The notes beneath the pieces are model-generated. The model had not been told where the DNA came from, ran no database searches, and was given only the letters and a program-made list of their open reading frames with translations. 64,000 nucleotides of DNA from an uncultured virus (IMG/VR IMGVR_UViG_3300022836_000006) (lineage: Duplodnaviria; Heunggongvirae; Uroviricota; Caudoviricetes), in IMG/VR virus record IMGVR_UViG_3300022836_000006; one strand, 5' to 3'. This document shows positions 29,559 through 39,134 of the stretch, in pieces. A program made the position numbers and the translations under genes. Position 1 is the first letter of the stretch; each line of letters begins with the position of its first letter.

Positions 29559-29754
29559 TGGCAGGCAAATCTCCCAGTGTCGTCTCTGTAATCATCCACA
29601 GGCGTGGGGATGCTCGCTACGAGTGGCATGCCTTGTGTCGTAGCACTTACATTGCCGTATCCTCCAGATCATTTGGCGATCGCGCTTCAGCCGTCCGAAA
29701 CGCTCGGCGGTGTGCATCGGTGTTCAATCAATCAACAATCAAAATCCAAAAAGA

Positions 29755-30165
29755 ATGACAGATGAAAAAGCAGACAAAGTAATCAGTTTACTGACCGAAA
29801 TCAGGGACGCGTTAAAGTCGGGGGTGCCAGGTGGTGGCTCTGGCGGAGGTGGTGGCAAATCCTATACGGGCTGGAGGGCGTTCGTCGTTCCGGTTTTCAT
29901 CAAAAAGCAGGCGGGTCAAGCGCTCGGCGATATGGTGAAGGGTTCGCTGGAATTTTGGTTCTCTAAGTATGAGCCTCGGCCATACAGGGGCAATATCAGC
30001 GATTCGGATGTGGCATTTCGTGCTGCGCTGGACGAGGCAGGCGCAGAGCTTAAGCTCGAGAAGAAGGATTACGAGGATCGGCCTGCTCGCAAAGAGGAGG
30101 AACCGGATAGCGCTGGTGCGCCGCCCGCGCTGCCGCTCGATGAGGATGAAGAACCGCCGTTCTGA
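29755..30165 (+). CDS. Hypothetical protein with SSB-like acidic tail
   Basis: Ends DEDEEPPF. Confidence 0.55.
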   Translation: MTDEKADKVISLLTEIRDALKSGVPGGGSGGGGGKSYTGWRAFVVPVFIKKQAGQALGDMVKGSLEFWFSKYEPRPYRGNISDSDVAFRAALDEAGAELKLEKKDYEDRPARKEEEPDSAGAPPALPLDEDEEPPF

Positions 30166-30171
30166 TTTCTG

Positions 30172-30558
30172 ATGCGCGAGGACGAGCTCCAGACCATGAT
30201 CATCAAGTGGTGGTCACTTGCCCATCGGGGACTTGGAATTAAGGACGAGCGTCTCCTGTTCCATGTCCCCAATGGGGGCAAGCGCAACTTCCGCGAGGCG
30301 TGCCGGTTCAAGGCTCAGGGAGTTCGTGCCGGGGTTTGTGATTTGATCCTTTTGATTCCTCGGGGCCGTTATCCCGCGATGCTCCTGGAGCTGAAGGTCG
30401 GGAAGAATAAGCCAACGGCGGAGCAGCGGTCATTTATGGCGATCTGTGCGGAGGCCGGCTACTATGTCGATGTCTCGTGGGACTGGAATAATGCGACCGA
30501 TATTTTGAAACGCTACTGCGAGTTGAGTAGGGGTGGATCTATGGAGGAAAAGTCTTGA
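30172..30558 (+). CDS. VRR-NUC domain nuclease
   Basis: FHVPNGGKR, GVRAGVCDL, LELKVGKNKPTAEQ. Confidence 0.9.
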   Translation: MREDELQTMIIKWWSLAHRGLGIKDERLLFHVPNGGKRNFREACRFKAQGVRAGVCDLILLIPRGRYPAMLLELKVGKNKPTAEQRSFMAICAEAGYYVDVSWDWNNATDILKRYCELSRGGSMEEKS

Positions 30559-31070
30559 GGAATATCTTGGAACTATCGGTGCTGGCTCGGCCAGAGTTTG
30601 CGTTGGCGTCGAGCCAAGCGGTAGGCACGTGGCTGCGATGCGTCTCGTATTTGGTGCGGGCTGGTGGTGATACCATCGTGGGTGCGTCCGGCTGGACGGA
30701 TGCCGATTGGCGTGCTGCGGTCGGATGCTCATATGATGATGTTTTAGCCGCCCTACCTTTGGTTAAGGTGGGACTGTTCGACGTGTATGTGATTGCTGGA
30801 TCGAAGCAGAGCGCAAAGGCCAGCAGGCGTGCTGCTCCGATGACACGTCCATCGCTTGAGGAATGGATGGCTTACTCCGAGGAGGTGGGGTTTGTGCGTA
30901 ATGATGCGCAGGCGTCGTATGACCATTACGAGTCGTGCGGCTGGCGGATCGGGTCCGGGGCAGGCAAGCCTGTTAAAGACTGGAAGGCATGCCTGCGGAC
31001 CTGCAAAAATAGACGGGGTCCCGGGCGATCTACGTTCGGTGGTGATGATAAATTAAGGAATACATTTTGA
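30555..31070 (+). CDS. Putative replication initiator-like protein
   Basis: PSLEE...YDHYESCGW...KDWKA C-terminal motif; directly upstream of DnaC-like ATPase. Confidence 0.55.
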   Translation: MRNILELSVLARPEFALASSQAVGTWLRCVSYLVRAGGDTIVGASGWTDADWRAAVGCSYDDVLAALPLVKVGLFDVYVIAGSKQSAKASRRAAPMTRPSLEEWMAYSEEVGFVRNDAQASYDHYESCGWRIGSGAGKPVKDWKACLRTCKNRRGPGRSTFGGDDKLRNTF

Positions 31071-31924
31071 TGGACGACGACGAAGGATTTGAACGAAAAG
31101 AGGCCACGGTATCAATTGGCAATATCGTGGATGCGATGCATGCTAGTTTACGATACAATGGCTGGTCGGAGGAGCGCATCGAACAGTTTAAGAATGCCCC
31201 GAAGCAGGACCTCGATGAAGTCGGACGGAAGTATCTTGAGGACGCAAAGCGATCCGATCGAAATTCGCGATTTGAGTATGTCGTGGGTGATGAGTATTTG
31301 TCGTCGGATTGGGATCATCCGAGCATGCTGCTGGCGCCAGACTCGATCGAGGCGGTGCTGAAATGGAACCCCGAAAATAAGAAGGGGCTCCTTGCGGCTG
31401 GACCGACTGGTCGTGGGAAGACTCGGTCAATCATGGCGTTGTTGTATCGGCTGATGGTCGTCGACGGTCGGGACGTGCATTACGCTGTGGCTCAGGACTG
31501 GTTTCATGAATTGGCGCAGCAGGAAAGTTTTGGGAGGGACTTGGCGCTGCCGTGGATCCGTAAGCAGGCGGCTTACGATATTTTCTTTTTGGACGATCTA
31601 GGACAGGAGGCGGTGGTGCGGTCAAAGGAGGACTGGGCAATGGGCTGGTTTTTCCGGTTTTTAGACATGCGGCGAGCAAAGGGATTGCCCCTAATTTGCA
31701 CGACAAATTTAAGCGCGACGCAGATTTGTGGCTCGTCGAAGAGTTCCGAGATTCGGACCGATCCTTTGCTCTGCCGGTTATTGGATCTCTGCGACATGGT
31801 GCATTTTTTGACGGTCGATGAAAAGCGAGAGCGCGAGAAAAGAATCCAAAAAGCGGCGGAAGCGAAGAAAAAGCACGCTGACCTTTTTAACGAGGCGACT
31901 TTGCCCAGTAGGGGGGGGGGATGA
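31070..31924 (+). CDS. DnaC/IstB-like AAA+ ATPase (helicase loader)
   Basis: Walker A GPTGRGKT, Walker B FFLDDLG, ICTTNL. Confidence 0.85.
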   Translation: MDDDEGFERKEATVSIGNIVDAMHASLRYNGWSEERIEQFKNAPKQDLDEVGRKYLEDAKRSDRNSRFEYVVGDEYLSSDWDHPSMLLAPDSIEAVLKWNPENKKGLLAAGPTGRGKTRSIMALLYRLMVVDGRDVHYAVAQDWFHELAQQESFGRDLALPWIRKQAAYDIFFLDDLGQEAVVRSKEDWAMGWFFRFLDMRRAKGLPLICTTNLSATQICGSSKSSEIRTDPLLCRLLDLCDMVHFLTVDEKREREKRIQKAAEAKKKHADLFNEATLPSRGGG

Positions 31925-32907
31925 TAACTTCTATGAAATACCCAATTTACAAGCGCACCGTTTGGCGGTGCCTTAAAGGTCTACGGTTGTCCGATCCTAG
32001 GTTTTCCCGTTGGTGCGTTGATCACCATTTCTTCGGGCTTTTTCACCGCAGTGAGCATTGGCTCGGCTGCGAGACGTGGAGCATTGCCGGCGAATTTCGC
32101 GGGTGGTATTTTTGCAATTTTAAGAGCTACGGATGGTTGAATTCGGAGGAATCTAGGACATACCTGGAGCTGCGTCTGGGGCGGGCCATTTGGCTAATTG
32201 GGCGCCAGAGTCCTGATCAGTATAAGGGCGTCGAGGTGTTCGGTGGCGTGCATGATCTCGAGGGGGTGGTGCTGTGAGCCTCGAGTATGTGCGCAGTTTC
32301 TACAAGGTGCCGGCAGAGATCGGGCGGCGCGTGGTCGTTTACGGTAAGGCTGGGATCATTGCAGAGGATCACGGTCATTACATTGGAGTAAATCTCGACT
32401 CAGATAGGCCCGGGAATGTCGGCCGTTATCATCCATGCGATGATGTCAAATATTTGGGTATGGGCGAAGTGCGAGAGCTGACGCGAGGAGATACGACGGA
32501 AGCGGTATCGAATGGGAGGTTATGAACCCTAGGCGCATATCTCATTATTACGAGATCCCAGAACCTGAAATCCTAACTGAATCATGAAATACACATACTC
32601 AATCGAATCCTACTTCTCCAGTAAGTGGGTAAAGCTCTTCACTGAAACGCGAGACTTCTGCAAGGGTTGGCTTACTCACGCACAATACGACTACCCAAGA
32701 AACGCTAAGCGAATCGTGAGGAGCGACGGCAAGGTCATGGCCGAAATCAAAGCCAACGACGAGGTGAGCATCGGCATGATCGCAAGCTACCCGACTCCGG
32801 AACAATACGAGAGAGCAGCAAATGTCGCTCTCGCAAAGGCGGCACGCATCCGAGAAGCGGACGGACATGAAGAACGCCGAATGAACCGCATATCGCTATC
32901 CACCTAA
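31921..32907 (+). CDS. Three small hypothetical genes (31921-32277, 32274-32525, 32584-32907)
   Basis: Co-oriented short ORFs, first two coupled. Confidence 0.55.
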
Positions 32908-32959
32908 CAACTTCTACCATGAACGCCGCCAACAATCACCTCCCAAACATTGACCACCA

Positions 32960-34036
32960 ATGATACCCGCAAACCAAACCCCTCCCACGACCGCCAAGCC
33001 GCGACCAGCTGGTTCGCACTTTTCCGTAGCAGTCAAATCTGAATGGAAAGGAGGCTGGCAAGCTGAGTTCAGTGTCGGAGTGCAGACCTTCGCAGTCGGG
33101 CCAGAGTATAAGACGTTTTCAGAAGCACAGTGGATGTCTGACCGACTACGGGAAGCCCTCACGTCTATTGCGAAGTCTGAACCCGCACAACGGTCTGCAT
33201 CGCTTTGCTGCCCAGACTGCGAGGATACCGGCATGGTGGGCGATCAGGAAGCAGGCGGCATGTATCGGGGATCCAAACGGACGCTCAACGACGAATGGGC
33301 AATGTGCGGGTGTGATCCGGGGGCCCTGGCGGTCCGTAATCTCGCAAAACGATCAGGGCCGAACACCGGAGATCAGCTATGAGCGACTCAAATAAAGGCA
33401 ACTGGGCGACGGCTACGGCCGCCCAAAAAGAGGCAGTGAATGAAGCGTGGCGTCGCGCCGCACAACGGTCCGAATCGGTGGATTTGCTGACCAACCGGAA
33501 AACAGACTCCATCGTCAAAGACAGAGACTACCATATCACCGGATACGTGCTTACATCTAAGTCAGGAAAGGAATCCTGCGTCGTAGATAGAGCAGCAGTC
33601 CGATGGCTCACGAGCGTGGAATGGTGGGAGCTCATGCACCCCGCGAGCGACGACCTCGCGCCGAACAATGAACACACCCCGAAAAACGACCGTGAATAAC
33701 ACTCAAAATTCCAAAGGCGTGACTGGATCGAATTGTCTGCATAATCTGGTTTCCTTATTTCGCAACCGGTTGATCCCCAGCGAGGGCCGGACTCAGGGCG
33801 AGCAATACTATGACGACAGGTGGTTCGCGCTCTCCGACGGGTGCGATACGGTCCAGAATCTAGCCGATGACCTCGAACCGATTATCGAGGAAAGTGAACG
33901 TCGAAAGGAAGCACTCGAATGGTGCCTACGCAAACTCAAAACCCATCACGCGACCAAGCGCGGAATCTCCGCGTTAATCAAAGAAACTGAAGCGATGACG
34001 AACACCCAGTTGAGCCGCGAGCCCAAACAACCCTAA
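32960..34036 (+). CDS. Three accessory hypothetical genes (32960-33382, 33379-33699, ~33692-34036)
   Basis: Coupled short ORFs ending PNTGDQL, PNNEHTP, TNTQLSR (left-arm peptides). Confidence 0.55.
33729..33751 (+). repeat. 23-bp direct repeat; second copy at 35707-35729
   Basis: CGAATTGTCTGCATAATCTGGTT, identical, encoding NCLHNLV in both ORFs. Confidence 0.95.
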
Positions 34037-34055
34037 CCCAGCCCCATCCAATATC

Positions 34056-34958
34056 ATGCCCAATAATCCCACCCCTCCCGCTGCCGTGCAACCTAGGCTT
34101 GTTGGCTCAACGTCTGGTTCGGCCAATCTGGAAGACTTACTAGCGAGGTGCAAAAAGCTCCATTCGTTTATCGGATGGTATTGCATGTCATGCGATTCCG
34201 AGGTCGATGCGACATACCGAGAACGCTGCGCGTCATGTGGCGGCGTCCTACATGACGAGACAATCACCGGAAACCTAGTCGAAGCGGCGACTTATGAATT
34301 AAACGCACTGAAGTGTCCGTGGCATCCTATCGAAACTGCACCGAAGGACGATAGGATAGACATATGGCTGTCTTGCGGCACCCGATGGTGCGACTGTTAC
34401 TATGATGTGATTTGCGACCAATGGCGAACGAGTAGGCCATCCGGGAATCTCCTTTCGGTCAAAGCAAGGTTTGTATCTCACTGGATGCCCATACCGCAAT
34501 CACCGAAACCCGCGAATGATGCGCCTCGCCAGAAGCGACTGGTTCGGCTCGATCGCTCAAACTACCTCGACTTCGATCCGCCTCAACGCTGCGAGTGCGG
34601 GGGATCCCTCCAAGTCAAAGACTATCCAAACCGCCGGGATGAATCGAGGTATGAGGTATTCTGCCCGCAATGCTCACAATGTGACCCAAACGGCTACGGA
34701 TCGCAGCGTGAAGTAATCGACCAATTCCCCAGTATACTTTCTGAGAACTCTGGTTCTAAATTTTATGCCGATGATAGAGGCAACGTCGTGGACTACTACG
34801 ACGAAACTGAGCAAGTCGCGCGAATAGATAGAGAGGCTACCGTCAACGGGAAGGCCGATCAAAGCACCTTCGACAACTGGGCGGGAGGCCAAGCACTAGA
34901 GGCGTGGATGCGACTCAACGACTACGGGGAGGAACTCGATGAGGCGGCCCGAATTTGA
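34056..34958 (+). CDS. Mosaic accessory protein (Zn ribbon, DUF551-like, second Zn ribbon)
   Basis: CxxC pairs; WHPIETAPKD...SHWMPIP; reads through an internal right-arm repeat. Confidence 0.6.
   Translation: MPNNPTPPAAVQPRLVGSTSGSANLEDLLARCKKLHSFIGWYCMSCDSEVDATYRERCASCGGVLHDETITGNLVEAATYELNALKCPWHPIETAPKDDRIDIWLSCGTRWCDCYYDVICDQWRTSRPSGNLLSVKARFVSHWMPIPQSPKPANDAPRQKRLVRLDRSNYLDFDPPQRCECGGSLQVKDYPNRRDESRYEVFCPQCSQCDPNGYGSQREVIDQFPSILSENSGSKFYADDRGNVVDYYDETEQVARIDREATVNGKADQSTFDNWAGGQALEAWMRLNDYGEELDEAARI
34506..34544 (+). repeat. 39-bp direct repeat; second copy at 35034-35072
   Basis: AAACCCGCGAATGATGCGCCTCGCCAG(A/C)AGCGACTGGTT. Confidence 0.95.
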
Positions 34959-35110
34959 TGCGAGCCCGGCGGATTGAGCCGCAAGCCGTAGGCTCAAATC
35001 GCTTTGTTCGGCACTATTCCCACCCCACCTCAAAAACCCGCGAATGATGCGCCTCGCCAGCAGCGACTGGTTAGCCTCCGAATTTCAACCGTAACAGAAA
35101 ATATAATACA

Positions 35111-35680
35111 ATGAGCGATACACCCAAAACTGACAGCGCATTTGATACCGGTCCCGGTTCGGGCAAGCTAATGTGCCAACTACTCGAAAAGGAGACCGCA
35201 CGCCACGCGGAGATACTACACGACGGCTATGCTGTCTACTCGCAACTCACGGACCACGAAAAGAAATACACATCAGCAGAAAACGTTTCCACCGTTCTCG
35301 ATGCGTTCAAACGCGCAGTGGCTAACAACGAGGTCAGACGCGACCCGTCGAAGGCTTAAAACCTCAACCAACCAATAAAAATGTCATACCAAAATAAAAT
35401 GTCAGAAGCCGGACAGCGAGGGTCGTTGTCTGAAGTGGTTTGTTATGCTCAGATTGGCATCGACTGCTGCAATCAACCGATAATCCCAACGCGTGCCAAG
35501 CTGTCGATGCACACCAATCGGCACACCAGCACGTCAGGAAACTCGTGGGGATGGGTCGATGGTTGCTCGCTAAACATATGCTGGTCAAACGACGGCGAGA
35601 AATTCAACAGAAAAAAGGCCGCTGAACTGGTTGCTTTGCATAACACCACTATCAGACAAGAGGGCCAACCCAATGAGTAA
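35111..35680 (+). CDS. Two accessory hypothetical genes (35111-35359, 35381-35680)
   Basis: Short ORFs whose junction lies inside the 35320-35448 palindrome. Confidence 0.55.
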
Positions 35681-36011
35681 CCGAATTTCAAATACCGTCA
35701 AAGGCCCGAATTGTCTGCATAATCTGGTTCTGTCTCTGGTGCTTACTTTTCAATGGTATGCAGCGACAAAAACAGGAGGCAAGCGCATCGAATATCGCGC
35801 CATGTCCGCCTGGTGGAAGCCGCGAATATGGGAGCTAAGATCAGAGATAACGCACGTCCGATTCTATCGAGGCATGACAAAAGAGACGCTCGAATTTCTA
35901 GTGGACAAAATAGACATAGGACCGTGCCCGATCCCGAAATGGAAGGGCCAATACTACCGCATCCACTTTTCCCAGAACACTAAGCTCATCAACAAGGCGA
36001 AGCCGGTTTGA
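35673..36011 (+). CDS. ASCH/PUA-like domain protein
   Basis: LVLTFQWY...GGKRIEYR...WWKPRI...VRFYRG. Confidence 0.6.
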   Translation: MSNRISNTVKGPNCLHNLVLSLVLTFQWYAATKTGGKRIEYRAMSAWWKPRIWELRSEITHVRFYRGMTKETLEFLVDKIDIGPCPIPKWKGQYYRIHFSQNTKLINKAKPV

Positions 36012-36053
36012 TGCAGCGACTGTTCGGCACTTTATTATGACCCTTCCAAATCC

Positions 36054-36413
36054 ATGAAACGATCCCCACTTAAACGAGGCACCAGCCAACTCAAGCGCAC
36101 GCCGATCAACAAGGTCAGCCCACGGCGTAAACGTGAGTCAGCCATCTATTCCAAGGCCAAGAAACAAGCGTTCTTCGAACTGGCTGGCGATCAGTCAAAC
36201 GGGGAGGACGAGCCAATTGCGCTGTGCGAACGATGCATGACAACTGCCGAATGGAACGAAGACGCTAAGCCTGCTCAGGACTGGCACCACTGGCACCCAG
36301 TTGGACAAGGTGGTCCCTACCTAGGCGGACGGATGATCTGCGTCTGTCGGCCATGCCATGACTGGATTCACCAGCACCCGGCTATTGCCCGAAAGGACGG
36401 GTGGCTCAAGTAG
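36054..36413 (+). CDS. HNH-like endonuclease
   Basis: CERC, DWHH, CVCRPCHDWIH; basic N-terminus. Confidence 0.7.
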   Translation: MKRSPLKRGTSQLKRTPINKVSPRRKRESAIYSKAKKQAFFELAGDQSNGEDEPIALCERCMTTAEWNEDAKPAQDWHHWHPVGQGGPYLGGRMICVCRPCHDWIHQHPAIARKDGWLK

Positions 36414-36506
36414 TTGACTTTTGACTACTCCGACCGTTCTCCTCCTGCATAGATATTGATCGATCAGAGAGTTGTTCGGGTAGCATACAACGCCAGCGAA
36501 ACTCTC

Positions 36507-36541
36507 GCCCCCTGTCCTGTGATCGCAGGCAGGGGGCTTTT
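36507..36541 (+). terminator. Intrinsic terminator at convergence of early region and module B
   Basis: GCCCCCTG(T)CCTG...CAGGCAGGGGGC-TTTT. Confidence 0.7.
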
Positions 36542-36543
36542 CG

Positions 36544-37158
36544 TTAGATCGGGAGGAACCTTTTCAGGAACGCATACACTCTGCGGAAAGTCTGACGAAA
36601 CCAGCCCGGTATCTTGATCTCTCGGTTATAGGGACCGGACCCTTCCTTCATGATCGGCCGGTTGGCGTTGAACTGCCAGTAGTCCACGGCTCGACCTGTT
36701 CGAGTCTGGATGTCCAGCGTAACCTCTCGGGTGACTGCGTTACTCTGGTCTGAGTGCTCACCTAGTGCCACGTCCGTAGCCTTACCATGGCCCAACAGGA
36801 CGGTGACGATGAAGATGTCCCGGCTTCCACCCTTACAGGTGATGGCGTAGCGCCCACCCGGTAGCAGTCCATCTGCTGCATAGATAGTGAGGTTTCGACA
36901 CTCGTTGTTGATGTCGATGCAGTCCTCTTTGCCTCCCGGCACCACTCCTATGATCATCACACGCAGGTCAATGACTCCTGAAAACTTGACGGTGTCGCTG
37001 ATACCTGCCGGCAGGACCAAGCCTCTCAGGTTCAGCGTGTAGACTCGCACATTGCCCGGGGTCCAGTCCCGGTCCCAGAACAGGATCAGGCCATTGAGCC
37101 AGATATTGCCCTCTGTGTCGCCGGTGAACGAATACAGGTTTACATCAGGCTTGCCCAT
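36544..37158 (-). CDS. Hypothetical protein, possible beta-helix
   Basis: TAATG-coupled start MGKPDV; EDCIDIN motif. Confidence 0.55.
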   Translation of the reverse strand: MGKPDVNLYSFTGDTEGNIWLNGLILFWDRDWTPGNVRVYTLNLRGLVLPAGISDTVKFSGVIDLRVMIIGVVPGGKEDCIDINNECRNLTIYAADGLLPGGRYAITCKGGSRDIFIVTVLLGHGKATDVALGEHSDQSNAVTREVTLDIQTRTGRAVDYWQFNANRPIMKEGSGPYNREIKIPGWFRQTFRRVYAFLKRFLPI

Positions 37159-37391
37159 TAGTTTCCCCCCCCAACCACTTTGAAGACTTGGACGCCGACG
37201 ACCCAAACCAAAGAGAGCGCCCCTGCCGCACCTCCAAGCCATAAAACGCCACGCTCGAGCGCACTGATGCGACGGTCATGATCTGTCACCTGATGGACTA
37301 GACCACGGTGGCCTAAGTTCTTGTCGCCCACTAAGGCATTTTCAATCCGCTTAACGGACGCGACGAGATCGTTGTAGTTGTTATCACTCAT
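37158..37391 (-). CDS. Small membrane protein (holin-like)
   Basis: Coiled coil plus C-terminal TM helix. Confidence 0.5.
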   Translation of the reverse strand: MSDNNYNDLVASVKRIENALVGDKNLGHRGLVHQVTDHDRRISALERGVLWLGGAAGALSLVWVVGVQVFKVVGGGN

Positions 37392-37416
37392 GGTTTGTTT
37401 TGCCCCTGCTGCACCT

Positions 37417-38232
37417 TCAGATGCGAGTTAGCTTAGCGTGTCTCGATGCTACCTTTTTGTGGTCATCATCTAAAGATTCGTCCATGAGCTGCTCAACCTG
37501 TGCTCCAATTTCGGTGCCGACTTTGGCTCGGATCGCATTCATTCCTTCGCCAACCTTCGTAAGCCCCTTTTGCGCCCTGCTGTAAGCATAACTCATGGCT
37601 GGACTGATTACCCCATTGGCAACGGCAGCAACGCCCGAAAACGCCGGGTTGAGGCGGGCCAGCAAGCTCAATACATTCCCAGCCACAAAGAGAAAGGCCA
37701 ACAAACCAGCGATGAACCAAAAGTTTCTCACCGTGTTGGCCAGCTTGCGCTCCCTGATGTAGCCGGCTTCGAGCTTGTCAGTCTGGCGCTCCACCAGCGT
37801 ATGCAGCTCGGCATTGTCGTCAGCCAGATCGGCAGATCGATCCTCTGCATCCATCTGCAACCTCTCAGCTTTGCCCCGTGCGGTCATTTCGGCGCTCAAC
37901 AGTCCCTCCACTATGGCTCGAGCCTTAATCGTCTCTCCTAGCGGGACAGGCCCGTTTGCTGTAGCCAATATGCTCTCAGTGTTGGTGGCCATGCGTCGCG
38001 CTACATCAACTGGCTGGGATTTCTCTGCTCCTGACAATGCCGCGACCGTCTTCACTGCTTCCAGCTGTGCCGCTCGGATCATCGCCCGCTCGTTCACCTC
38101 GATCTTTTTCTCAACCTTGGCAACTGCCTCGGCACGATCAGTGCCCCACGTCATCGGATTCCAGAGAACCTTTGTGCCTTGGGTGGCGCACCCGCCCAAC
38201 AGGAGCAGTCCCACAACAGCGAGGATCTTCAT
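37417..38232 (-). CDS. Lipoprotein with coiled coil and distal TM segment (spanin-like)
   Basis: MKILAVVGLLLLGGC lipobox; FWFIAGLLAFLFVAG TM. Confidence 0.55.
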   Translation of the reverse strand: MKILAVVGLLLLGGCATQGTKVLWNPMTWGTDRAEAVAKVEKKIEVNERAMIRAAQLEAVKTVAALSGAEKSQPVDVARRMATNTESILATANGPVPLGETIKARAIVEGLLSAEMTARGKAERLQMDAEDRSADLADDNAELHTLVERQTDKLEAGYIRERKLANTVRNFWFIAGLLAFLFVAGNVLSLLARLNPAFSGVAAVANGVISPAMSYAYSRAQKGLTKVGEGMNAIRAKVGTEIGAQVEQLMDESLDDDHKKVASRHAKLTRI

Positions 38233-38714
38233 TCGTTTGCCCCCTTGGTGTAGATCTGCCCAACCAGTATCTGGGTTACTGTGCTCCGAGGAACCCACCC
38301 ATCATATCGAGCGTTTGAGATCCCCACTGAGATGAAATGCGTGTCATTGATTGCAGCAACTTGGTGGAGGATACGCTTACCATCCCGAGCCGACACCACG
38401 ATCTGCCCCACCACAAGAATCCTGCCATCGGCTGGCGCGTAGATGGGGATTACTGAGCTGTCGATAAGTGGCTCCATTGAGCCCGTAGGATTGACGCTTC
38501 CGAACGACCCGCCCGGGATGGCACCTGCCCACTCCCTAGCAATTGCAAAGCCCTGCTCGTAAGTTACAGCACCTTTGGGTGCACGACCTTTCTCGAGCCC
38601 TGTGTTGCGCTCCGAGTCACCCTTGCCGCAGCCCGTGATCAGCATCAGCCACAGCAACACGCATGTGACGAAGAGGCTGACTATACAGGCTCTTAAGAGG
38701 TCGGAGCCTCTCAT
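38229..38714 (-). CDS. S24/S26-like serine peptidase, membrane anchored
   Basis: PTGSMEP, RILHQV, GISNARYD resemble the signal peptidase GxSMxP / HR / GDN-D motifs. Confidence 0.55.
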   Translation of the reverse strand: MRGSDLLRACIVSLFVTCVLLWLMLITGCGKGDSERNTGLEKGRAPKGAVTYEQGFAIAREWAGAIPGGSFGSVNPTGSMEPLIDSSVIPIYAPADGRILVVGQIVVSARDGKRILHQVAAINDTHFISVGISNARYDGWVPRSTVTQILVGQIYTKGANE

Positions 38715-39133
38715 GGTGCAAGTAGCAATTCCCACCGCGCAGTTGCGATGATGTTCAGCGCGTTAAGTGCAGGCACCCCGGCCACGAAAGCAGGGTCGTC
38801 CGACCTGATAGCGCCCTCTGCTGTTGCCATAGCCACAAACGCCTTAATCTGCCATTGGTCAGAGCCAAACAAGGCTGCTGATTCCGCATCCGTAAGCCTG
38901 CTGATAACCGTTCGCGTTGATTGCCGAGCGACCGCAGGCGCAGGTGCTGGCGGGTTGGCAAGGTCGGCTTCAACGTTCGCGGCTGTTGCTTCACCGTTGG
39001 CTGGCATTCCGATACGTTTGCCGCTCGGCGTTTGGATGATGTAACTCGCGCCGTCGATTTCGACTACGGTCCCAAGGGCGCAATCAAATGGCTCAAATAC
39101 GACCTCTTCTTCAGTTTCGATGTCTTCGCTCAT
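38711..39133 (-). CDS. Fibre chaperone-like protein
   Basis: Start MSEDIET; directly after fibre B; helical C-terminus. Confidence 0.5.
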   Translation of the reverse strand: MSEDIETEEEVVFEPFDCALGTVVEIDGASYIIQTPSGKRIGMPANGEATAANVEADLANPPAPAPAVARQSTRTVISRLTDAESAALFGSDQWQIKAFVAMATAEGAIRSDDPAFVAGVPALNALNIIATARWELLLAP

Positions 39134-39134
39134 A

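Larger units (their letters stand above)
32902..36028. mobile_element. Accessory gene array delimited by attC-like sites and half-sites
   Basis: Recurrent (G/T)AAC-N6-box left arms at ORF ends and box-N5/6-GTT right arms at ORF starts; complete palindromic sites at 35320-35448 and 35972-36028. Confidence 0.6.

Noticed and set aside
31070..31924. IS21 element (IstB)
   Set aside because: No IstA transposase or terminal repeats; context fits a phage helicase loader.
32902..36028. CRISPR array
   Set aside because: Repeats are degenerate, irregularly spaced and separated by whole ORFs; no cas genes.
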